Shown piece by piece: positions 57,140 through 64,000 of a stretch of DNA of 64,000 nt. The stretch is from an uncultured Lentisphaerales bacterium (lineage in GTDB: Bacteria > Verrucomicrobiota > Kiritimatiellia > RFP12 > UBA3636): positions 7,020 through 71,019 of the forward strand of contig CAZKJH010000001.1 in the NCBI GenBank assembly GCA_964553035.1. Direction: 5' to 3'. Under the pieces are notes generated by a model. It had not been told where the DNA came from. It made no database searches and saw nothing but the letters and a program-made list of their open reading frames with translations. The position numbers and the translations under genes are program-made. The first letter of the stretch is position 1, and each line of letters begins with the position of its first letter.

Positions 57140-57814
57140 ATGAAAACCATCATTCTTCCTTCAATTCTTGCTGCCGATCTCGGTCATCTAGCCGATGAGA
57201 TCAAGCGCGCTGAGGACGCAGGTGCTGACATGCTGCACGTGGACATCATGGACAGTGCTTTCGTTCCAAATCTCAGTTTTGGCACCAATATCGTAGAGCT
57301 CGCCAAAAAGACGACCTCTATCCCTCTCAATGTGCATCTCATGCTCAACCGACCCGACCTTTATGCTCAACGCTTTGTTGAGGCGGGCGCTGATTCGGTC
57401 CAAATACATGTCGAGTCCTCGTGCATCGTCGCCGAAGTTCTCAAGGAGATCAAACGCCTCGGCGCAAACCCTGGAATTGTTCTCAATCCTCTGACACCGC
57501 ATACGGCCGCCCTCCCCTATTTGCACCTTGTCGAGGAGTGTCTCCAGATGACGGTCTTTCCGGGATACGGCGGCCAGAAGTTCATGCCAGCACCGCTTCC
57601 TGAAATCCGTAAGTTGCGCGATGCCGCCATGGCTGCAGGAAAACCTGATTTCATTCTCATGGTCGATGGTGGCATTAGCCGTGATACGCTGGCATGCTGC
57701 GCAGAAGCCGGAGCCAGTGCATTCGTCGCGGGAACTGCACTTTTTTCGAAGCCGGATATGAAGTCAGAGGTTGCGTTGCTACGCAAGCTGGCTTCAGAAG
57801 CTTTCAAACCGTAA
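57140..57814 (+). CDS. rpe: ribulose-phosphate 3-epimerase
   Basis: LHVDIMDSAFVPN and MVDGGI motifs. Confidence 0.8.
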   Translation: MKTIILPSILAADLGHLADEIKRAEDAGADMLHVDIMDSAFVPNLSFGTNIVELAKKTTSIPLNVHLMLNRPDLYAQRFVEAGADSVQIHVESSCIVAEVLKEIKRLGANPGIVLNPLTPHTAALPYLHLVEECLQMTVFPGYGGQKFMPAPLPEIRKLRDAAMAAGKPDFILMVDGGISRDTLACCAEAGASAFVAGTALFSKPDMKSEVALLRKLASEAFKP

Positions 57815-57838
57815 TCAAGCCGAGCCCCATGAGACTCC

Positions 57839-59644
57839 ATGTTATCTAAAATTAGAAATTTCTGTATTATTGCCCACATCGACCACGGTAAATCCACGCT
57901 GGCAGATCGTATCATGCAGCTTACGCAGTCGGTAGACGAACGCGTCTTCCATGACCAGCTTCTCGATTCCATGGATCTCGAGCGCGAGCGTGGCATCACG
58001 ATCAAGTCTCACCCAGTCTCCATGAGCTATACCGCCAAGGATGGCGAGGTCTATCTGCTCAACCTGATCGATACGCCGGGGCATGTCGACTTTTCTTATG
58101 AAGTCTCCCGCTCGATGGCCGCTTGCGAAGCCGCCCTGCTTCTGATCGATGCGGCGCAAGGCGTTCAGGCTCAAACGGTCGCTAATACGTATTTGGCTAT
58201 GGACAATGAGCTTGAGATCATTCCCGTGCTGAACAAGATCGACTTACCAAGTGCCGATATCGTGGGCGTGAAGCATCAGGTTGAAGAAGCACTGGCGATT
58301 CCGATGGACGATTGCGGCATGGTCTCCTCCAAGACAGGCCTCGGTGTTGATGAACTGATGGAGATTATCATCAAAAGAGTTCCACCCCCGACATCTGAAC
58401 ATCCCGACGGTCCACTCCGCGCCATTATTTTTGACAGTGTTTATGATGTCTACCGCGGCGTGATCGCGTATGTGCGCGTCGTCGATGGCTCCATCAAAAC
58501 AGGCGACTACATCGAGTACATGGGCACTGGCATTACTACCCAAGTCAAAGAGGTCGGCATTTTCTCCCCGCAGATGAAGCCCGCAGCATCCCTGCCGACG
58601 GGTACGGTTGGATATGTCATCGGAACCATCAAAGACCCCAACGACATCCGGTCTGGCGATACGATTACAAGCAAGAACAATCCTGCAAAGGAACCGCTCC
58701 CAGGCTTCCGGGAAATCCATCCGATGGTGTTCAGCGGGCTTTATCCGATTTCCACCGACGAATATGAAAAAGTGAGATCTGGTCTTGAGAAACTCAAACT
58801 CAACGATTCCGCGTTCTCCTGGCATCCGGAAAGCTCTGTGGCCCTTGGTTTTGGCTTCCGTTGCGGCTTCCTCGGACTCCTCCACATGGAGATTACTCAG
58901 GAACGCCTGAGACGCGAGTACGACTGCGACATCATCGCAACCCACCCAGCCGTCGTTTACCGAATCCACTACCGCGATGAACACGTCGAGGAAATCGATA
59001 ACCCCACCCGAATGCCAGACCCCATGATGATCGATCATATTGAAGAGCCGATGATCAAGGCGACGGTGATTACGCCGACCGACTACATCGGCGACATCAT
59101 GCGCGTTGTCATGGAACACCGTGGCATTGTCGAAAAGACCGACAGCCTCGACGGCTTACGCGTCATCCTCACCTGCGTCCTGCCGCTTAACGAAATCCTG
59201 ATCGACTTCAACGACACGCTCAAGAGCGTTTCCCGCGGCTATGCCTCGATGGATTACGATTACTGCGGATACCAGACGAGCGATATCGTGAAGATGGACA
59301 TTCTGCTCAACTCCGAAGTTGTCGATGCCTTCTCCTGCATGGTGCACAAGGACAGAGCCGTTGCGCGCGGCAAGCAAATCTGCGCTGCATTGCGGGACTC
59401 GATCCCACCGCACATGTTTAAAATTCCCGTACAAGCGGCGATTGGGCGCAATATCATTGCTCGCGAAGACATTCGTGCGTTCCGAAAGGACGTCACGGCC
59501 AAGCTGTATGGCGGCGATGTCACACGCAAGCAGAAACTCCTCAATAAACAGAAGGAAGGCAAGAAGCGGATGAAGCAATGCGGCACGGTGAACGTTCCGC
59601 AGGATGCTTTTGTTTCCGTTCTTCGTAGCAGCACCGAAAATTAG
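57839..59644 (+). CDS. lepA: elongation factor 4 (LepA)
   Basis: NFCIIAHIDHGKST G1 motif; full-length LepA architecture with the unique C-terminal domain. Confidence 0.85.
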   Translation: MLSKIRNFCIIAHIDHGKSTLADRIMQLTQSVDERVFHDQLLDSMDLERERGITIKSHPVSMSYTAKDGEVYLLNLIDTPGHVDFSYEVSRSMAACEAALLLIDAAQGVQAQTVANTYLAMDNELEIIPVLNKIDLPSADIVGVKHQVEEALAIPMDDCGMVSSKTGLGVDELMEIIIKRVPPPTSEHPDGPLRAIIFDSVYDVYRGVIAYVRVVDGSIKTGDYIEYMGTGITTQVKEVGIFSPQMKPAASLPTGTVGYVIGTIKDPNDIRSGDTITSKNNPAKEPLPGFREIHPMVFSGLYPISTDEYEKVRSGLEKLKLNDSAFSWHPESSVALGFGFRCGFLGLLHMEITQERLRREYDCDIIATHPAVVYRIHYRDEHVEEIDNPTRMPDPMMIDHIEEPMIKATVITPTDYIGDIMRVVMEHRGIVEKTDSLDGLRVILTCVLPLNEILIDFNDTLKSVSRGYASMDYDYCGYQTSDIVKMDILLNSEVVDAFSCMVHKDRAVARGKQICAALRDSIPPHMFKIPVQAAIGRNIIAREDIRAFRKDVTAKLYGGDVTRKQKLLNKQKEGKKRMKQCGTVNVPQDAFVSVLRSSTEN

Positions 59645-59656
59645 CTAGAACTCGAT

Positions 59657-60061
59657 ATGAACGCGGTAACCCCAACAGAAAAAAATCCCATTTCCGCTGC
59701 AATCAGCGGTATCGTTACAGAATTGATGGATAGGGTCATGAACAAGGTTCTGCGCCAAGATCCATTTATTCCCGAAAAGCACCATGCAGCCAAGCCGCTC
59801 TATGCTGCATTAGTTCCAGACGAGATCTTTAAGGGCGCACATTTCGAGCGCCGTTTCGTTACACCGTTTGGAAACGTCTGGGAGAAGTTTGCTATCGTGG
59901 TCGCCAAGAAGCGGCATGGGATCTGCCTGCAAGGGGAAACCCTATCTGGGTTGATCCGACAGGAACGGCTACGTCGAATACAAGAGGTTTTGAGCAAGTT
60001 GGAACATCCCATGAAGAACGCACAACGTATGGAGCCGTGCTGGCATGAAGTTGCTAGGTAA
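59657..60061 (+). CDS. hypothetical protein (possibly part of a decayed DNA methyltransferase gene)
   Basis: 134-aa ORF with no confident motif; ends one frame off from the following MTase-motif-X ORF. Confidence 0.25.
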   Translation: MNAVTPTEKNPISAAISGIVTELMDRVMNKVLRQDPFIPEKHHAAKPLYAALVPDEIFKGAHFERRFVTPFGNVWEKFAIVVAKKRHGICLQGETLSGLIRQERLRRIQEVLSKLEHPMKNAQRMEPCWHEVAR

Positions 60062-60350
60062 CAGCGTTTCAGTCCCTGTTGTCGAACAGTTAATTTCGGC
60101 AATATGCCAAACGGGAGTTTTCTCCGATGCTACGGATAAATTTCCGCTTCCGTCAGAATCAGATCACGCCTCTTGCAAACTGTCAACCTTATCATACGAT
60201 GACTCTCCACTATCCGAGAGAAAAAAAACCGTTCAAATGGTGCTTTTTGAGAACAACAGGTCTATTCCGAAACTGGAGAAAAGCAGAGTCGAAACTGAAG
60301 ATTCAGACGAAGATGCAGAAACAATTTCCTCTGAGGTTCCCCAAACATGA
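60045..60350 (+). pseudogene. possible C5-cytosine DNA methyltransferase C-terminal remnant (motif X LLGNSVSVPVVEQLISAI)
   Basis: Only motif X is recognisable; no motif I/IV nearby; acidic low-complexity tail. Confidence 0.3.
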
Positions 60351-60937
60351 ACGCACCTTTCATCGCGGCTACGACGTCACCGCGTCGACACAAAATTCTC
60401 GCCGCCATGGGGGTGGATTTCGCGGTATTTCGTACGGAATGCCCTGAAATCCACGATGACGCCGATGCCGTTCGTACCGTCTCGGTCAATGCCCTCGGCA
60501 AACATCACGCGTGCGCTAAGTCAAACGCTGCCTCTTGGATCCTCTCCGCCGACACCGTGGTCGAGTTCGAAGGCCGCTGCCTCGGCAAACCTTCTTCACC
60601 CGAAGACGCACGTCGTATGCTCCTCTCATTTGCAGGGAAGTCCCAGCACATTTTTACCGCCGTGGCAATGTCCACACCCTTCCACGAAGCGGAGCTTCGC
60701 ATCGTTGCCTCATCCGTTTCGTTCCGCAACTACGGTCTCGAGACTGTTGATGCCTATCTCGAAAAAGCCAAAACCTTCGACCGTGCTGGTGCCTACGACA
60801 TCGACACATTCGGCGATATGCTCATTGCCGTGCATACCGGCTCCTACACCAACATTATGGGGCTACCCTCCGAGACCGTACAAGACTGGCTTCTCGCCAA
60901 TGCCTACCCATTATTGAAAAAGGAAGTAACATCATGA
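60347..60937 (+). CDS. maf: Maf-like nucleoside triphosphate pyrophosphatase
   Basis: Maf family motifs (SPRR, ILSADTVV, KP). Confidence 0.7.
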   Translation: MNAPFIAATTSPRRHKILAAMGVDFAVFRTECPEIHDDADAVRTVSVNALGKHHACAKSNAASWILSADTVVEFEGRCLGKPSSPEDARRMLLSFAGKSQHIFTAVAMSTPFHEAELRIVASSVSFRNYGLETVDAYLEKAKTFDRAGAYDIDTFGDMLIAVHTGSYTNIMGLPSETVQDWLLANAYPLLKKEVTS

Positions 60938-61431
60938 AGAAAATGCTTTCACGCATTCCAACCACCATTGCAACCGGCTTCGGCCTCGGCTATGCTCCCG
61001 TTGCTTCCGGTACCTTCGGTGCTCTCTTGGGCTGTGTGCTCGTTTGGGGCATGACAAACCTCACGCTCAGGATGCAGATTATTCTCTGCATCGCCATGAC
61101 GCTAGCCTGTATTCCAATCTGCACTTACGCAGAAAAGGCACTCGGAGGCGAAAAGGACAACGGAAAAATTGTTGCAGACGAATACTTAACCTTCCCCATC
61201 TGTATGCTTGGTATGTACACGCTTTGGCAGGACAACTGGTGGCTGATGCCGATGTGTTTCGTGGTCAGCCGCATCATGGATATTATCAAGCCCTTTCCCG
61301 CGTATCGCCTCCAAGCTCTGCGCTCCGGTCTCGGCATCGCGATCGACGATCTTGTTGCGTCGCTCTATGCGCTGGCAGCCAATTGGTTTCTCTATCTTTA
61401 TGTTGCACCGCACATTATCAAACTTTTTTAA
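60934..61431 (+). CDS. pgpA: phosphatidylglycerophosphatase A
   Basis: GFGLGYAP...GTFG N-terminal motif; ATGA overlap with maf. Confidence 0.7.
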   Translation: MKKMLSRIPTTIATGFGLGYAPVASGTFGALLGCVLVWGMTNLTLRMQIILCIAMTLACIPICTYAEKALGGEKDNGKIVADEYLTFPICMLGMYTLWQDNWWLMPMCFVVSRIMDIIKPFPAYRLQALRSGLGIAIDDLVASLYALAANWFLYLYVAPHIIKLF

Positions 61432-61509
61432 TAACGGCCACTTCTAAGGCAATAAAGTCAAGTTGTGTTTCGTTAATAAAAAAACAAAGGGCTATGTTCA
61501 AGGAAAAAC

Positions 61510-62340
61510 ATGAAACAAACACTTCGCTATACGTTAATGGTGGTACCGCTTGTCGGCGTGGCAGTCGTTTGCTTTTCTGTTGGACGATACACGGCTCCCG
61601 TCTCGACTCTCGGCACTATCGTAGAAATCGAGGCACCTGTCGTCAACAACGGCACCGGAGATAAGATTGCCAAGATCGAGCTTCTTTCTAAAAGGCTTTC
61701 AGATGCAGAACTTAAAATTCAAGAGTTAAATTCGGAAATTGACAAGCTTCTTGGTAAGGATCTACCACCGCTCGAACACGTTGCCAGTGCTGACGAGAAA
61801 CAATCCGAAAACACCCGCGGTTCAAGAAAGTCTCGTGAAACTCGCGAACAAGAAATGGAACGCCTGAAGACGGAAAACCCTGAGCAATATGCTGAACGTC
61901 TTAAAGCGCAAGAAGAAAGACAAAAGCGCCATCAAGAATTCATGGAAAAACGCAAAAATAGTGAAGACCAGCGCGATGACTTCTTTGCCAACGTGAACAT
62001 TGCCTACATGTCTCCCGAAGAGCAGAAGGAACTCGCCACGTTCGTGGGAGAATATCAGGAACTGCGAGGCTTGCTTGATAAAAGCGTAGCAGGAGAGGCT
62101 CCAGACCGAGCGAAGCTTTTTCAGCTCGGGATGACCGTTATGCAGAAAACGACTGAAATTCGTGCCAGTCTGCTTAAAGCCACAGCGAAAGAAATGGGAT
62201 ACAACGATTCAGAAAGCGTCGAGTTTTCAACATCAATCAACGAAATTTATGGCGCAACTAGCATCATGGGTCCTGGCGGCAGCGGCTTGATTGATATGAT
62301 GCGTCGCGGCGGAGGCCGTGGTGGCTGGATGGGGCACTAA
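61510..62340 (+). CDS. hypothetical membrane-anchored coiled-coil protein with Gly/Arg-rich C-terminus
   Basis: N-terminal TM, charged coiled-coil middle, GGGRGGWMGH tail. Confidence 0.4.
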   Translation: MKQTLRYTLMVVPLVGVAVVCFSVGRYTAPVSTLGTIVEIEAPVVNNGTGDKIAKIELLSKRLSDAELKIQELNSEIDKLLGKDLPPLEHVASADEKQSENTRGSRKSRETREQEMERLKTENPEQYAERLKAQEERQKRHQEFMEKRKNSEDQRDDFFANVNIAYMSPEEQKELATFVGEYQELRGLLDKSVAGEAPDRAKLFQLGMTVMQKTTEIRASLLKATAKEMGYNDSESVEFSTSINEIYGATSIMGPGGSGLIDMMRRGGGRGGWMGH

Positions 62341-62445
62341 GATTGGGGCATAGTGCTTAAAAAGTTCCATTGGGTAATTGGATATTCCTTGTTCCCTATT
62401 GGATATTATCCTTGTCAGAATTCGGCGTGCCTTTTCGAACAGGCT

Positions 62446-63840
62446 TTAGGTCGGCGAAAGCTTTTGACCTTCTGGTGTGTCTTTAACCGTCCAACCCATC
62501 GTAGCGATTTCATTTCGCAGGCGATCAGACTCCGCCCACTGCTTCGTCGCGCGAGCCTGCTCGCGCAATTTTAGGAGTGCTTCAACCTCGGACGAGACAC
62601 TTGCCTCGGCACGCTTCAGGACGTTCAAAACTGTATCCATGGCATCAATGGTTTTAAGGATGTGAGCCGCTGTCGACGGATCCAGCGTGCCTGCCGCAGC
62701 ATCCTTATTCCCATGATTGACGAGCATGTGGACGGAAGCAAGTGCTTCAGCCATGTTTAAGTCGGAGTCGAGTGCGGCTCCAAATGCAACCAGGGATTTT
62801 GATACCCATTCTGGAGCATCGCCTTCAGGGAGAGCACCAGTGGCCTTCTCTTTGGCTAAAGAAACAAACTCATCGATTCTCGACAAGGCTGCACGTGCGC
62901 CGACAAGAGCATCGAACGTAAAATTCAAGGGCTGACGGTAATGACCGCAGAGAAGCACATAGCGGATTTCACGACCAGAATATTCCTTATCGAGGAGGTC
63001 GCGCAATGTGTAAAAGTTCCCTGAAGACTTAGACATCTTCTCGCCGTTGACTCGCAAATGCGCGCAATGCAGCCAGGTATGAACAAACGGCTTTCCTGTT
63101 GCACCTTCAGCTTGCGCAATCTCATTCTCATGGTGTGGAAATAAATTATCAATTCCGCCAGTATGGATATCAAAACTCTCGCCGAGATACTTCATGGACA
63201 TTGCGGAACACTCAATATGCCAGCCGGGACGTCCCCTGCCCCAAGGTGAATTCCACGCAATATCCCCATCCTTATCATCCCACGCCTTCCACACAGCGAA
63301 ATCGCCAACGGCTTCTTTCTCGTACTCGTCATTCGAGATACGAACGCCGGAACGCATACCTTCTCGGTCGAGACGCGCTAGCTTACCGTATTCCTTGAAC
63401 TTCGAGACACTGAAATAGACGGACTTGTCGTCGGACTGGTAAGCAAATCCATTTTCGAAAAGCTTTTCGATGAGATGGATCATTTCGGGGATGTGATCCG
63501 TTGCAGCCGGATAATATTCTGCTGCCTCAATTCCCAAAACCTTGAGGTCTAAAAAAAATGCATCCTTGAACTTTTGAGTAAAGTCCGTCAACGGCACACC
63601 TTCAGCAATCGCACCTTTAATAGTCTTGTCGTCGATATCGGTCAGATTCATCACCTGCGTAACCTTAAAGCCACGAAATTGAAGGGAACGACGGAGGATG
63701 TCTTCAAACATATACGCTCGGAAATTGCCAATATGCGCAAAGTTATAGACGGTTGGTCCGCACGTGTACAAACCAACTTTTCCAGGAACAAGTGGTTTAA
63801 ATTCCTCTTCGGTACGAGTCAGTGAATTATAAAACTTCAT
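62446..63840 (-). CDS. cysS: cysteine--tRNA ligase
   Basis: HIGN and KMSKS motifs, CGPTVY; start set at MKFYNSLT (the track ORF extends upstream to 63903). Confidence 0.8.
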   Translation of the reverse strand: MKFYNSLTRTEEEFKPLVPGKVGLYTCGPTVYNFAHIGNFRAYMFEDILRRSLQFRGFKVTQVMNLTDIDDKTIKGAIAEGVPLTDFTQKFKDAFFLDLKVLGIEAAEYYPAATDHIPEMIHLIEKLFENGFAYQSDDKSVYFSVSKFKEYGKLARLDREGMRSGVRISNDEYEKEAVGDFAVWKAWDDKDGDIAWNSPWGRGRPGWHIECSAMSMKYLGESFDIHTGGIDNLFPHHENEIAQAEGATGKPFVHTWLHCAHLRVNGEKMSKSSGNFYTLRDLLDKEYSGREIRYVLLCGHYRQPLNFTFDALVGARAALSRIDEFVSLAKEKATGALPEGDAPEWVSKSLVAFGAALDSDLNMAEALASVHMLVNHGNKDAAAGTLDPSTAAHILKTIDAMDTVLNVLKRAEASVSSEVEALLKLREQARATKQWAESDRLRNEIATMGWTVKDTPEGQKLSPT

Positions 63841-63873
63841 AACGTAATTAGCGGAGTGAACAATCCCCAACAC

Positions 63874-64000
63874 AAGAAAATCAATCGCGTTCAACCGTTG
63901 CAACCGCCTGAGATGCGATACCTTCTCTTCGACCGATGGCGCCCATGCCTTCCACCGTCGTCGCTTTTACAGAAACCGCATCCATGTCTACACGCAACGC
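63874..64000 (-). CDS. partial CDS (3' end only; N-terminus beyond window end), unknown function
   Basis: Open minus-strand frame entering from the window end and terminating near 63874. Too short to classify. Confidence 0.25.

Overview
The 64-kb window is a chromosomal segment of a moderately GC-rich (~55%) bacterium, probably an anaerobic heterotroph of the Verrucomicrobia/Lentisphaerae/Kiritimatiellae type. Supporting gene content: formate-THF ligase, NfnAB, URO-D-like methyltransferases and many secreted glycan-active proteins; the phylum guess is inference only. Coding density is high, with about 60 genes. Housekeeping genes include proS, hisS, hisH, hisF, cysS, lepA, rpe, maf, pgpA, an HU-like protein, tRNA-Gly(CCC) and fhs. 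These are interleaved with accessory loci: (1) a peptidase and glutamine-amidotransferase cluster with an M28-GNAT fusion; (2) a polysaccharide-degradation locus; (3) a GntR/LacI-regulated amino-sugar operon; (4) two outer-membrane protein genes that share a duplicated ~150-bp leader, one of them split by an in-frame TAA; (5) a TolC / zinc-ribbon+TRASH protein / HlyD operon with no inner-membrane transporter gene; (6) a ~2.7-kb islet bounded by ~85-bp direct repeats that carries a solitary HTH-HipA (YjjJ/HipH-like) kinase gene, a decayed vsr gene, a perfect 30-bp palindrome and a poly-C tract; (7) an alkaline-phosphatase-family phosphodiesterase plus DHQS-like sugar-phosphate cyclase pair, followed by a ~320-bp MITE-like element; (8) an ECF sigma/anti-sigma module; (9) a Cys-rich DnaJ-type zinc-finger protein translationally coupled to a Hanks-type Ser/Thr kinase; (10) a DUF2339/DUF3999 envelope pair. 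No CRISPR array, rRNA or intact transposase was seen. Coordinates for hand-found non-ORF features may be off by 1-2 nt.
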